Assembly (NCBI GenBank): GCA_040954595.2 | Contig: CM082581.2 | Location: 14,125,250-14,189,249 of the forward strand | Source of the DNA: Balanoglossus misakiensis | Lineage: Eukaryota; Animalia; Hemichordata | Length of the DNA stretch: 64,000 bases | Direction: 5' to 3' | Shown: in pieces, positions 1 through 15,326 of the stretch | Layout: each line of letters opens with the position of its first letter | Position numbering within the stretch: position 1 is the stretch's first letter | The notes under the pieces: model-generated | The model's input: only the letters and a program-made list of their open reading frames with translations | Told to the model about the DNA's origin: nothing | The model's database searches: none | Translations under genes and position numbers: made by a program

Positions 1-3000
1 TATTCTTTTATATGCCTTCATATAAGGTCTCTACTCACCCCATATGGCCTTAAATAAGGAATGAAAATCGTGGACAATGTGGGCATAAGCTGTGCTATTT
101 TTACACTTTCTGAGCCTTTTTATCGCAATCTGAGAGAGAGATGTTTTATACGATTTTGCAGGGTTTGCCAGACACCTTTTCATGTTGAAATTGAAAAGGG
201 AGTGTGCAAATCTCGTATTCTGGGCATTCGGGTTGACCATCAATATTGATAAGTTGTGCTGACTATTCATTGGAGTTAATTCAGTTTCCGATACGAAGGT
301 CTAAGCGTAATCATGCGGCATATGTTTGCCAATATATTCAATCTCGCAGAGCTCCGGTAGTGAGTATATTCCTCCCGTTTTACGGCCCGTTTTCCCTCGG
401 CGACAGAAAAGCTTAAAGCGGTTTCTATCTGATATATACAGTCAAAACTATTACCGAAGCTCCAGTAAATTCACCACGTTTCTTGGAGACGAGTAAACTC
501 TCTTGAATTGTACCGGGTCAGTCGGGAACCGTGGCAGCGTTTCGCCTCATGGAACAATCCTTATCATGCAATTAACTGCCAAGCTACTCTTGGAAAAACA
601 GCTGTACAAGCTCAGTCTGAAGGGATTCTCTTGAATGCTTCGGCTTCGATATAACCCAGAAGAGCAGTACTTGTTTTCAGAGCTTCTGCAGGCTTGAATA
701 CTCAACGATTCAGAGAATTAAAGACCGATTCTATCAGCTGAACATCCCTCACAATTTTCTGCATTCGCGCTCTGTGGCGCGACCTCTCCTTTACAAGGAA
801 ATAATTCTCTTGCAAAATCAACAATAGTTAAATTTTAAACGGAATTTGTTGCAGAGTAAAGACGGAAATCCGAGCAATTATAGTGCAGATAGCTTTCATG
901 TCATCATATCTTCTATGGCGTCTCTTCATTGGGTGATTTGCAGGTACAAAGTCTGCCGAGCACCTGCCTCGACACAAATTACTCGTCGTTTGCAGTTCTG
1001 CGCTGGGCGGAATTGTGAAACATAAATCCAAAATGCAAGAGCTCTGGAGGTCAGTGACATATATGAAAACAGTTTGTCTTTCACAAATCCAAAAATATAT
1101 CTGTGTCTCATTTCTGCCCAAAACGTATGCAACCGGAAAAGCGTGTTGACACGAACGAGGCTGTGTCTACTACATTGTTGTTTTAAAATTTGAACATTTC
1201 TGTTTCTCGCTTTTGCTTGCTTGTTGTCAGAGTCATCTCGTTAATTTCCCCTGAAAAATTAATACAAGAAAGCATCTTTTTGGGCAGCGATCATCTAACG
1301 GCAGAGGCCAAAATAGGTGTGCAGCATAGCTTCAGGTTGTCAGTTGATATAGCTTCGTACGCACTTCTCTCTGTTGTCGTGACTACATGTCTTGCTGTAC
1401 ACGTTCAATTACCCATAGTTCTAGGGGCTAAAAACGGAGCCAATGTAGCAGAAAATTGTTAGTTGCACGTTCATTTATTGATGGAAACACAACACATTAT
1501 TTGTTAATGTCACTATGAGGCAAAGTCCTTCTGTTTCCTTTCCTGTTTTCTGTTTGTATAAACAAATGGAGTGACTTCGTGGATATCCTGGGGCAGAGAG
1601 GATTCCCGGTGAAATACTCTTCGACTGTTGCCGTCTCTTGCTAAACACAATGTCGCCACTTCCAGTATCTTTTACTTCGGCGCACAGAATGTGTCGTAAA
1701 GACTACCCCTGTCATGTTGTGGCGTCTTCACCACGCCTTCATTTGTTCGCTGACTGCCAATCAATTTGAACTCTCTCAGATCCTGTAGCTGTCTAAAAGA
1801 TCGTTAATGTTAAAATGTGGGTTGGCATTGTTTTCTTTCCTTTTAACGTGTGACGTTCAAAAGTTGAGAACTGAGCTAGCGGTGTCACGATGTCAGCTCC
1901 AATTTATTGCTAGAGTATTGATAGCAGTCGTTGGACTATAAACAAGCTCCGAGTGAGTCGCTTCTCTCGGTTGAGACCAAAACAGTCAAGAGTTTGCTAC
2001 ATGACAAGTTTTTTTAAAGCGACGGATGTGGGCGTCTTCTGAAAAGGAAAGTGCTATCGATCGACAGAAAACAATCTGTAGAGAACGTCCTACATCTTCG
2101 GTCAAGCATAGCAGAATTCATCGTGACTCTTCAATCAATCGTACGCATGTGCTAAAAAGAATTAAACAACATCATACGGTGAGATATCTAACACATGCAA
2201 AACAATACTTTTTTTGCACTTTTGATATACCATTTAAAAATCTTACAAGAGGTTTTCTAATCTGCATCAGAAAAATACAGCTGTACGTTTAGTGTCTACT
2301 TTAGCAAACTTGACATTACTTTTTCAAAAAACATTATCACGACAATTTTCATTAATTAGCAAGACCTTCTCTCGTAGCTGCAGTGACGTTAGTTTGTTCC
2401 CAGTTGCCTTTGGAGCATCCAAGAAAAATATCCGACCTTGGAGATAATTACTCTTCCGAGTTCATTTAAGTCCTCAAGGTTTTGTGCATTTTCATTTTCA
2501 ACGGAATGTACATGTATGCCTGAGTCAAACATTTGTCTTTGTGAGTTATTTATCTATGAAATGGCGTCTGTACCGGTAGTTACTCACGTGCAGACAGAAC
2601 CGTCCAAGACTTTGCATACAGATACATTAACATTTGATATATTTATTTGTCATGATAAACGTACCGGGTTGATGTAGTTGGAATCTGGTCATTTAAATCA
2701 CCGTTATTCAATTTTTATTTTTTTCTGTTCTCTGGCGCCGGCAATAAGTCTGTGAACAAGTCCACGTAAAATACCTTCCGGAATCAGCTTCTTAAAACAA
2801 TCCCGCCAATGATGGTAGCAATGTGCTACTTTCTCAAGGACTCTCCTAATAGACACGACTGTGGACGACCCTTGCGTTTAATGTTGTAGCGTGAAAAGAA
2901 TCCTCCAGAAGTGAATGGCTTAGCAGTTTCTTGAGTAACGTGGGCGACCGTAAGGGTCGGTTGTAGACGATTCTCAGCGGCATAAAATCAGCGCGTGTCT

Positions 3001-3534
3001 TGTCTGATTCCTACGGCAAATCTCTCTTCAGTTTAAACCCTGTGACTCAGCAGTGAAACATGAATCCGCCGCAGTGTTCAGCAATCCGATATTCATGATT
3101 CTGACTTAGACGGCGGTGTGTGAGAGCATCGGCACATGTCAAAACCTTTGTTGTGATGAATTAAGACTGATGCGTGTTGTTCTGAAGCAACAGTCTATCT
3201 AGGGGTAGAATGAATACACTCCTGTAAAAACGAAGGGCTTACACTGCATTGAAATATCTAGACCAATATTATAGTTCAATTAAACTCTACACTCTTGTGA
3301 ATAGAGAAAAATTATGTGAAATGACATGGCATATTGTACTTAAGAAAAAAATATTTTGCAAAACTAAAATTGCTGAGAGTTATTAAAATCAGCGGTGAAC
3401 GGTCAGTGACATGGCATGCCTTCATTACCGCAGTGCATGTAGTTGCCGTGGACAGTTTCAGTTACGTTTTATAATAACACACAGTGCCAGTAATAATAAT
3501 CCTTTCCGAAAAGGGTTATCTGTATAAGATTCCC

Positions 3535-3548
3535 GTTACCATGACAAC
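3535..3548. promoter_or_regulatory. RFX X-box-like motif
   Basis: GTTACCATGACAAC, near-palindromic X-box. Confidence 0.35.
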
Positions 3549-6500
3549 ATGCTGTGGTTTGCCGTGAGCCGTATTATCAAGAGTTCTTATATGAAAAAAG
3601 ACATTTTGAACGTATGGGCATGAGTATTGAATGTACACGCATAGCAATGTGTCTGGCAGGCAGGCAGTATGTAGATTCCGGAGTGTCTTTCGTTTCCGCT
3701 TATGTTAGTTAGGAGACTGGGTCCAGAGTTTTATTAACACGAAAACAGGACACCGTGGAAATGAGTCTTTACGCCAAGTGTCCTTGATTCCGCGCTTTAT
3801 GTTCTTGTTGTTCAACACGGGCGAAATAATTACCTCGGAGACCTCAGAGAAAACGTTTCCGTAGGTTTGTTTGGTACACCGGCGTAATGATTATTGCACA
3901 GATTGAAATGACCTTCAAACAGAAAGATTCAGAGGCTATTATAAAACATTAGAGCAAATATTGTTCGTTTCGAATGAAGAATCACAAAAATCAAGTTCGC
4001 GGCTATTAAAGTTTGTCAAGGATGAATCATGATAGTAATATGCACTCTTCTAACGAAAAACCGTATTTCCTAGTATGATCTCCCGGACCTGATTGTTATT
4101 TGTTCATTTGTCTTGAAGGAAGGAAAGAAGGCAAAGAGTTAGGTGAACTTGCTCCAACCCCAAGGAGACTGTTTTCTCTTTTTTTAAATGTGGGAAATTT
4201 GATGTTGTCAGAGATGACAAGATTCGAGCCGTGCGTGGTTCCGTTGAATTAGAACTAGAGCGCCTACCGACGATTTAAAATTATGACACAAAGACAGCAC
4301 TAAGAGAAAGTAAAATTGCATGTTATGGGACATGATCAGGATCTCGATTGTATGTGTATCTGTATATTGCCAAGGAAGCCGTTTTGCCACTTTGAGTAGT
4401 TGAGAATACTTATGGCGGATTACTGGCCGATTGGCCTGACCTTTGACCACTCAATCATTTACGAAGAAACCTCGTATTTTATTCGACGCGCTGTTTCGTG
4501 AAACGCTCAGTAGGCCGTTAAATGAAGTACAACATGTATTAGCTCGTTAAAGTATCTAACATTACTTCTGTGAAAAAGTGTTTGTGCATCCCATTGATCA
4601 CTTTTAGTCGAAATTACCACGATCCATCAGCAAATGGAGTCAAGCCCACGTGGATAAATCCGGAGACATGCTCGAAAAAAGGGGATTTGAGAAATGAGCG
4701 GGAAAATATATATTTGAACACCAACCGCCTGAGAGAAGTAGTAGTTTCACTGCATTGCGGGATACTGTGAAATAAGATACTGCAACATTAGTCCCGGAAT
4801 AATGACAGATGACTTATTTATTTTTATGGAGGTAAGTAAACTCGGCGTACATGGAAAGTAATTTGATTTGTCAGCTTTTAAAGTGCTCTTGCTTGTACTC
4901 GACCATCGACAATATTGTAACACCTGCTAACAAACGAGTTTGTGGTTTCAAGGACCATAAGATTGTGTGACGTCGGTCTGTCACGGATCCTTCTCGCTTA
5001 CACTTTTCGCTGCTACTTTTCCCGCCATTTATGGTGAGGCGCAAGTGGTCGTTTCCGTGTGACGCTGTTTTCTTCCTCTGTGCAGTGTGATCAGATCCAC
5101 AGCGAACATTTTGATCAAAATCAATCCAAATTCACATATTATGATGAAACAAAGTGTTAAACGATTTTATAAAGGTTATCGTGACCTCTATTACGGATAA
5201 GCCGACTAATATGAAGGATATAATTCACGAAACGCACCAACGTTTTGAAAGACAGTTAAATATGTCAAAACCAACTAAAATTATTATACTTATAATAGGG
5301 CTCCATTATGTATCTGATAAAAATCACTGCCATTTCTTGGACACGTTTCTGTAAATATTTGTAAATTAAGTCATTCATTGGAATTGTGGTTTGAAAACAT
5401 TGAACACTTTAGAGTAATAATCGGTAAAGTATGTTCAGCTCACCATCGAAGCATGAACACCTTTTAAGAGCAATGTTATAAACATTTGAATTTTAGTCTG
5501 GACTAAAAAATTCACTGACTGTCAACAATAACATTTGTAGTTACATGTGTATAGGCTGTCACAGTGGGGACCAGCTGATAATACTGGATGTGTCAACATT
5601 TTGCAGGGAGTGAAATGTATTGGATACAGAATATAAATGATGAAAATGTTACCATAAGTTACACTATTCTTTTGATATTAATATCGAACGATGATGGAAT
5701 TTTCTCCAGATATAATACATGTACCTGTTCTTAGAATTTATATCAGGCTCCGCGGGGATTTTGTGTCTTTTATTACATTTCTTGGCGGATAACATAATCT
5801 GGAGAGGGTATCATCTTCTCCTGTGTCTGTTCGTCTGCTGACAGTGCTACGCCCCAAGCTTAATATTGAGATCACGTCTGCTAAATACTCAGAAAATAAA
5901 CCCGACATGACTAGGTGTATACATCAAATGGACATGGCTGGGTCCTTTATTCTCCCTAAATGCTGCTCTTGTACTTCATCTCACAGTCAAATGTAGACAG
6001 AGTCTCTGAATTGAATGAATGAGATCGTGGAACGCACAGGCTGCAGTATTGTACTAATATTCTTTGACATGCGTCTGATTGCCTTTGGGTCAGCTGTTGG
6101 TCTCTTTTCCCCAAGGGTTCTGTTTTTTAAAGAAAATCAACGTTAATGGTGCGTTACGTTAGAAAACAAAAAGTCTGTGTTGATTTTTATCTCGTTCTCC
6201 CTCAAGTTCGATTTCACAGAATCGTCAGACTTCTGTGTTTTCTAATATGTGATGTTGTGTTTTTGCTCACAGTTCACGAGCCTTGCAAGACATTTTCAAA
6301 ATACGACATTCTCATTTGCATATTTCAGATACATGTACATGTATACGCTAATAGTAGATTTTCAAAAGGTACTATTGCCCTAGTTTAAAAAGTTTACCTA
6401 CCCCGACCCACAACCAGAAATATTGCAATTACTGGTCATAATAATTGAGAAAGTAATATATTCTGCTAAGTAATCCTGTTACAATTACATTATGGCAACT

Positions 6501-9500
6501 AAAATCAATAATATTCGCTTGTTTAGTACAATTATATAAGGTTGATGTAATATAAAGTTCGAACGATGCAAAAACAACCCTGAAACTATTTGCTGGTGTC
6601 GCGAACTTGACATGTTCAGTGCTAGGGGCACGAATTAGCTGAGCGGAAACATCGGTTTTACATTAAGATGTAGAAAGCACAGACGAGGAAAAAGTGGAAC
6701 TGAATTTGGTCAGGGGCAACTAATATGACATCTTGGAAATCGGCATCGACTTCAACTTTGCAGTTAAATTGGAAAGGTCAACACGATAAGTATAATGGAG
6801 ACAGCCACTGAAATGCATGTAGGCCAGAAACACCTGACCAGGTTTTGTTGCAAGCACTGGTTTGAACCACGTTCGATGCAGAAAACTACAGCAGACGATA
6901 AAGATACTCTCAGGATCAACACATCTTCCACAAACTAGTATCACAGGGAGACTGTCTGCATCCTAGCACTAGAAGGCTCAAAGCCCGGTATTATGATGTG
7001 CTAGTTGCCAAATTTACTAAAAAGGGACACACAATTAACATAAAATCCAAGATTTTCATTTTCGTAAAGGTTTTAAACTTAATTGTAACCGGCACAATTT
7101 TGTTGTGTTTTTGTTTTTGTATTCATATATACAGTCAGAATACCGAGTTATAGATGCATGTGTGAGTTTCATGCTCTTTATCAGAGCAATGTACCAATGG
7201 ATGTGAACACAATCGTAGGCGCGAAATGCAACTGCATGCAATGCATACTAATGTAAGTCGCCTCTTAGCCAAAAACAACTGTTCTGAAAAATCAGAGAAT
7301 TAACATATATTAATCTCCTTTAACTTTCTATCCAAAAATTCAACCAATTTTAAATTCACCGATTTGTGTTTATTTGTTGCTTGACCACATGTTTTTTATT
7401 AAAAATGATTTGCGCTGTCAATTTTCTCTCTGTCGTATTTTAAACGGCACTGTGTACATTCACAGGAGATTGTCTTTCCGTGCACGAAGTTGACACCATT
7501 TCCTGGAATTTTGACATTGTCCGTGCTTAACCCTTCTTGATTGGGTCTATTCAGCTGAAATGAGTGGTGCTTTCACGCCAAGAACGTGCTCTGTAAAACA
7601 CCGTCTGCCTTATGCATTTACATGTCTTTTCCCCGTTGCCCATTAAGTTCGGTCATTTCCCGTTCATGTTTATACTCTAACGTGCTTTCATTTCGGCTAA
7701 TGTACAGAGTCAAGGTCGCTTATGTTTGAGAACCACTTGATCCGCCGTCGACCAATAGCGTGCGAGGAATGTCTTGCTCCCGGCTGTCTAATATCTAATG
7801 GCAATGATAGTCCGCATCTCTGAAATAAAACACAATAACAAAAATTGATTAGATAGAAAAAGTGTGACATCACAAAATCATTTTCGTCATCATTGGAGAT
7901 GATTCCTTTCGTAGACTCCTTGTGTCTGGTGTGCATCGATGGCGTTCTGAAGGTTATTGTATTTTGCGGATGTTTTCAGGAAAAGGTAATTCTCAACATC
8001 CGTTGGTTTGTTTTGGGAGTATAATGGCAGTTTACTGAACTGTTCTTTCACATATACGATTAAGCAAAGGCTTAGAATCTTCCACGTGACTATTAGATTT
8101 TTAGGTAAATTGAAGTCTCGCGAGAGGTCATATGTACGCTTGAGAATAGATTAGTGCAGCATGAAGTGATAGGCCGGGTGAAGGCGGTGAAATGTCATCA
8201 TATGTGTTCCACATTTTGTGATTGATTATAATGCAATCATCTAAGTTTACAAAAATAAATTTCATAATGGGTTGGATCAATATTTACAGTGCTTATTATG
8301 AATTCAAATTGTCATTAGGTACATGTAGTAAGATTTGTCGTGTTGCTACTTAAAAGTCGTGTTATCTAATCGTTACCCAAGAGAAACCTGCCCTCTGTCG
8401 GGCGGGAAATAGTATGAATGTAGTCTGTGGCTGACATGCATGTCGTTCACGTCTTTCTGACGGCGGGAAAATCCCACTAACGGAAACAATTAGACGAATT
8501 TACGAGCTTTAACTCAGATAATAGATTGAAGATAACAGAGATGGGAATGGTAAAAAAATCCTCTGTCATTCCCCGTAAGGTAATACGATGTGATCAGTTG
8601 GCTCATTTGCCTGGTCAACTCAGAGATTTATGGGGTGCTCTGCGGAAGTGATATGCTTTTAACAAAGTGCACAATTATTTACAGTAAAATGTGAATAGTG
8701 CATCTCCCGCCATATTGTGCATAGTCGTCTGTGCGGTCATAAGTTTTCCTTTCCCGCCAGCCGAGACTATGACAGATAGCGCGCCAGAAAATCTGTAGTA
8801 GGTTAAGAGGCCGAGGTTATAATCGTAAATATATCAGAAGAAGTAAATTTAATGGAATTAATAATCATTGTACAGTTTGACCCCGCCAAATGAAAACTAG
8901 TACATCATACTTATTTCATAATTTCTAAAACCTACCTTCCTCTATATGATAAAATATGTAAAAATTATTTTCCGGTCTGATGTGTTGACGTGTTAAACTG
9001 TTTAAGATTGTGATACAATTATCCAGTAAAAGAGGACTCACACATTTCCTGACAAAAAGCGCAGATTTGAATCGCTTGTGTGTAATGATCCTTGGGATTC
9101 GGAACTAGAACTGGAAAACGATATTTGCGGTTTCAAATGTTCGCAGACGTTTCTTGAAAGGAAAATGCCAGCAATCATAATCGAGCCAACTTGAAAGGAA
9201 ATGACATGTGATAAAACATCCATCCCGGCTGCACTCTATATAATTGCGCTTTTAGAACAAAATAAGTTGACAAGTGTCAATTTTATCTTGCTTCAAGGGC
9301 GGTGGATTAAGCTTATTTGCGGGGTCATACTCGCTGATTTCACACAAAAAACTCGCATAGTCTGTGTCCTGTTAGTGATGCGGTTTTCAAAGGCGAGAGT
9401 GAAAGAATGTGTTCTGTAGGCACTCATGATTTCTTCTTTTCCCGCGCAGTTTGCAGTCATCATTCCGGCGGCGAATTAAGATACAGTCCTTGCTAAAGGA

Positions 9501-12500
9501 AAAAAAGGGGGATATATCACGCATTTTAAGGAAATTAGAAATCTACTAGTTGTATTTCGACACTAACGTATAGCGGATTCTTTTTGGAAATATCGATTAA
9601 AGTCATCAAATCTGCCACCACCAACCTCCAGTACGTCACGATATCCTCGAATGATTCGCTGAAATAAACTATCTGAAGGTTCTGTAAATTATATTTATTT
9701 TGACTCGTCAATTAATATTTCTGTATGGGATGTTGACAACCATACCCGTTGAAAGCAAATATTTCGCTAATATATTTCAGTATTTTACTCTGTGTATCAA
9801 CTGTACAGGATTGCAATAGCTAAGAGTTTAAGGCAAGTTAGAATTTGGACATTATATGGGTATGAACACGTATAATTTAAATGTAAGATGTGTTAGCGCC
9901 CTCAGGAGATGGATTAGCCAGCCTTTTGCCCGGGTTTTGTCAGATTCGGTTGACCAGTTGGTACGAACTATGACAAAGGATCTTGTCACGCGGACACATT
10001 GAACAGCCTTCTCATCAGCTTGTTACTGCAAGAGTTTTTCCCCGAATGATCTACTGAAAGTGCTTTGCGCATGCGCCTTGGAACAGCACCCACAGTTGGA
10101 GAGGCAAATATCTCGAAGGAAAATCTCCTCGAGTACGTGAAGAGCGAGATTATTCGAGCTTAAAGTACCGGCGGGTAAAACTGCAAATGTCATAAACGGA
10201 AATAGTATTTGAAAAGCTATACATAAATTTTACATTAACGGGTGCGTTTTGCATGGGAGTAACTTTCTAAATGGCTTGCATATGTAGTAATTAACCCGAG
10301 GTGTTTTCGAGCGATTTACATGGAAAGTTGTTGTAACGATCGCTAATGCGCTAACCAAAATGGTCACCAGTTAAATCGCTGGGATTTACTGGCATGGGAG
10401 TTCCTACTGAAAATTACATTCTCAAGCTAATTCTCCGCCACTGGACTTAAATAAGCGTGACCGGTCGTTAATTAGGGAGCTGTATTTGTCCACGACAATT
10501 TACGAACCAAGTGGCGGAGATTTCTGTTCGGTATTGTCCCGAATGTCAGCACGTGGATGGACGGCACTACAAATCAAAATGGCCACCCATAGGGCAGCCA
10601 ATTAAAACTGTGAGAGATATTTATTTGTTGACTGGCTCTCGTTTATACCTAAACGAGCGTTTGCCCATCCACAGTAGCCCCGATGAGCTTCTATAATGTT
10701 TGGTTTGTGATTAGGGGTTAAGTAAGACCACTCCACAGCCAGAGGCGACAGTGTGTAATTGGTAAAATGTTTAAAACATCCTTCGTGAAAATAAATATTG
10801 GCCATTGTTGGGGGCGCTACAGTCAAATAGATTTATCTCTTAGCAAATTTTATGTGGTCTTCGCCGATCTTAATCTATCAACCGTCGCTGTGAAGTATCT
10901 ATTCCGCCTCGTTGATCACGTGACAGGTACGGGTTAAAAGTGGTTGTAATCATCGTTGGAAGGAACAACTGCGCAGTACGATGGTTAGAACGATTTTTAT
11001 GGTAATCTGAAATTTTAAAAGTGGGCAGCCGATATGAGATTTTTAGTCAAAACTGCTTGTTTGCCCCAGGATACCATAAAGTAAGTCGGAGTTCGGTGCG
11101 ATTATATACACGGCAAGTTTCCATGCATAACCCCGCGGAAGGGGCCAATTAGCCACCACTCCCAGTGGTCTCTGTAAGTCTTGCGTTCAGCTCGGTAAAT
11201 CACTCATTATCGCAGATCGGACAGTAATAACGACACTTGGCGGTTTTTGTTTTTTCTTTTAATTCCTTGGAAGCTGAGGGTCTTTCACCGGCTTCAGAAT
11301 AGTTCGACAAGCAAATGAGGTTTTGTCCTCGTGCACACATTTTTCATCCGCGTGGATGTTTGCTGGATTTGTATGCAGCGTGGCTGTGTCACAGACAGTG
11401 CGTCGATCTGCGAACAGTCGAACGCAGGAGTCGTGCTGTGTAACAACACTTGTTAGCCTCCATCAAATCCGTGGATTTCTTTAGAGTGACATTTCGCCTG
11501 TGCCGAAGAATCACGATGATTTCGTGGTAGGTGTTTTCATTTATTTCAAAAAAGGAGAAGGGCGAATACGGCCGACATCCTGTCTAACTGGCGTCTTAAA
11601 CATCGCGGGTTAGGCTTATACCACATCCGTGATCCTACCCGTGTTTGATCAACGAATGTATTCACAAACCTTTCGCTTCTTATACATCTTGTGCATTCGC
11701 TCCAGCTTTCACTGGAAACACGATAAAAAGAGATTGCATTTGAATGGCACAGTTTGGCTCAAAAAGATTCTATAGATTGCTTTGCATTGTATTTTGAAGC
11801 CAATTTAATGCACCATCTCTCGCACTTCAGGGGCACGACACTGGCAGTGTTATCAGTTTACAGAAAGGAACTTGCTTTCTGTGGATCAATTAGGTGTGGA
11901 TTTGCCTTGTTGGTCACAGAATATCGAAATAGCAACGATGCTCCCTGATTTTGCCAAATTGATACAGAGGCCGAGTGCAGGCCTTACGCTTCAAATTGCC
12001 AGTGGAAAAAATATTAACTGTCACGGGCAATTATTGCAAAATGTCAGCTCTGCGTGTCAACAGGAAAGGCAGCCTTGCCGTGGCGGCAATCAACAATATT
12101 TTTATGTCCGCAATTATTTTGAGTGATTTCTGTACATGTATAAGCTGTGTTCACTACGCTGTTCGCGTCAGGGATAGTCAGTGAGTGTACTTTTCCGCGT
12201 GAGTGCCTTGTACTAGTAGGCAAGGCGGGAAAACATTGTAGACCACGCGTGCTCTGGTACATGTCTACTGGTGGCCTTTAGTTTAAACATCACTCTCTTG
12301 TCTGTCACGTGCTCTGTGAATGGATGCTTTAGATGAGGACAAATCGCAGGTGGGCAATCGGCCAAGGTAAAACAATTTAACTAGGGTCAACCTGATGGTC
12401 TCGATTGATGTTGTGTGTTTTTAAGAATGTGTACGTGTAAAGGGCAGAAGAAATGGAAAAACACGGATAGGCAGTTTTTCATCATTGGGAGACATATGTT

Positions 12501-12515
12501 AGCGTCAGAGGCGAT

Positions 12516-12523
12516 GGAGAGGA

Positions 12524-12554
<31 letters not shown>

Positions 12555-12557
12555 GAC
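12516..12557. repeat. (GA)n/(GACA)n microsatellite
   Basis: GAGAGAGAGAGAGAGAGACAGACAGACAGAGAC. Confidence 0.9.
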
Positions 12558-15149
12558 TCAATATACATAGCACAAGAGACCGAGGTTTAGGTTAGATTAG
12601 ATTTGACATGATTCATATACACATCGTACACTGTTGTCTGATATATTGCACCTGGCTAAGTAAAGAACATCGCGCACCAATATTGTAATGTTTCACAGAT
12701 CCATCCAACATGTATACAGCTGTGCTTGCCATAGTTGACCTAACTCGCGAGCCAAAGTAGCGCAAGGGTTCGGGACAGGGCAAAAGCAGACGACTGATAA
12801 TTAAAATTGTCAACAGCTGCTTGTGGTCCTCTCACCTCCAGTCAAAACCATGTCGCCGCAGCTCACCTATAACATTCTAGCGATACCACAAGTCACCCCA
12901 ACGGGTGCACGTGTCGATAGCATATCTCACAACGAGGCCTGCCATATTAGTAGCACCTCACCATTAAGTGTGTGTACGGTCTTTGTTATTTGCCACTGTG
13001 ATACTGTTTTATCCAAATCCCCAATATGCAGAGAGCGAGCGAGAGAGAGTGATAGATCAGACCGGAATATCGACAAGGGAATAAGTAGTGAATAAGTGCT
13101 GCGATTGAAAGAATGACCGTCACATTCTTCGTATTCGTATGTTTAGTGAGAGGTACACAGTCAGACACTCTGTGTGTGGTTGCAACTGCAGGGAAAAACA
13201 CGTTTAATCAATCTCCGGCAGTCCATATGACGTAACAGTCAATTACTCTGACCGCAGTTTGCTAAATGTGTTCAAGCTGGCTGAGGTTCTCCTTGTGGTG
13301 AGGGACCGTGATGCCGTGTAATTTCAACGCCTGTACCTTATCCAGATCTGAACGCGCTTTGTTGTGGAGAGCAGAAATGTATTTCTGAATCAATTTAAAG
13401 GGACAGTACGTACCCCATAGCATTTTATTGTTTTAAGTTTACATTGATGGCAGACAAAGGTATCAGGAATTTTGGATAAACCTTCAGAACTGAACTGTAC
13501 TTATTTGCAACCATTTAGACTACCTACCAACTGTTCAAGCTTAATCATATCCGCAGACATGGAAAACTGCTCGTCTGTGTCATAATGAAATAACTAGGTA
13601 GGGGTGTTGACAGATTTCACCTGCAATATGAGTCATTGAACCCGCCAACTGTATAATTTGTCGCTTGGCTGGCCCATGTCTATATATTCATGGTCGACTC
13701 GTACAAAAATGAATGTTCCGAATCGGAGCAAATAAAAGCTGTCAGCATTTTTTTCATTTTCTTTATTACGCGCTCACAAAATTTCATGGATGGAAATGTT
13801 CAATCTCTCGGAGCATATTATAAAAAATATATCAGTGCAAAGTACGCGTGCTATAGGCGACAATCACAACTACGAATGTGAAGAATCCCTTTTGGCAAAC
13901 CCAACATCATAGATCACGTGAGACCGACAGTTGTTCAGTGACTGTAAGGCACTTTTTGCCGTAGAAATACATTAACGAAATTCACGGTTTTCTTGGTGGG
14001 ATTTTACCGAATTGGAAACTGAATAAAGCCTATGAATCTGCAACCAGTGTTCAAACTCCTTCAATGACAGGCACTGTGTGGACAAGAGCATGAGTTCAAT
14101 ACTGGAAGCTCATAACTTTTACAGAGCCAGCATCGAGAAAGGATTGGGCATGCGTTAAATATGTATTTCATGTTTGTTAACAGACAATGTCAAGTCTAGC
14201 AGCGTGCAGAAGCCATAATGTCATGGATTTATCTGCAGTGTGCCCATTCCGGAAAAATCGTAGTTGAGAGTAGTACGCGCAAAATGTTCCCCGTTCTGTC
14301 CTCACTTCGAAGAGCACACGAAGCAAATTATGTTACCTAGACATGAGTCTGGAATAATCATTGGAATCTTGAGTCAGTCGCAAATCTTTATGCAAATCAC
14401 ACAATTCCAGCGTCACTCACAATTTGCTATTCATATTCATGTAGTCCTACATGTAATTCCTATATCAGACAAAACCTATGCGACACATTTTCCGCGGCCG
14501 TCATGATTTCAAATTTCGAAAATTTGACATCCCTTATCAACATCAAAACCTCTTTGTATGATTCACTGCAGCAGAACACGAAAGAGATTAGGATTTTATT
14601 AGGTTAAAAATGAAGAACAGGAAAACATATTAGGCCAATTTGTGTTTCACATTTTAGCCAAAGGCGCAGAAGTACTGGCGCAAGCTGGCTTTGCCAGGTT
14701 CAGATTCTGCCTATGGGGAGAGAAACTTTTTGAACTTAATTCTGCGGTGATGCGGCAAAAAGAGAGATGTTTAGTCCATATCATTTCAACGCATGACGGT
14801 GCACATCCAGAAAACTGGAGGGGGAGTAATTCTTACTAGTACATACTTAAATACAGTATATATAAGGTACTTCGGGTGGATGTTTATAATCTTCAAATAC
14901 TGAAATTTAAAATTAAACTGCTGTCTTTCTAGAGCTTATATTGTCCGTGATACACATTAATGCGCTTGAAAAACATGACGAGACCTTGCCTTGTTTGAGT
15001 AAAACGCTGATCTCAATTTTCACTTCTCTGAGTATGACAGTAATATCAAATGATGTCGACCTTATGCGTGGGTGCCACGCTCGCAACAATACTAGCATTT
15101 GCATCAAGATAGGTAATTCCCAGAAATGGCAGCATATTAAAAATTTAGC

Positions 15150-15326
15150 ACCCAAAACAGAAGTGATAATCACTAAGACGTGAATGAGTTTATTGAGTTG
15201 TGCTGGAAATTGTAACGCCACGCAGATGTGTCTTTTCAGAGATGGGAATGTTATGAGTTGGTTTTGTGAGTTGAAGAAGGTGAAGAGTTCGGATCCCGCA
15301 CATGAGCTTAAGTTCATCTTATTCAT
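15150..15326 (-). mobile_element. Degenerate hAT transposase C-terminal dimerisation-domain fragment
   Basis: TFPSLKRHICVALQFP, then frameshifted STT and NSFTS*, resembles the hAT motif FPxL..L..IALTIPxSTA..ERSFS.L. Recognised by eye only. Confidence 0.35.

Noticed and set aside
11080-11535. Possible promoter and first non-coding exon of the receptor (TATA-like, CCAAT, GTAGGT donor)
   Set aside because: The motifs are short and common, and nothing in the sequence links them to the acceptor 40 kb away. Transcript data are needed.
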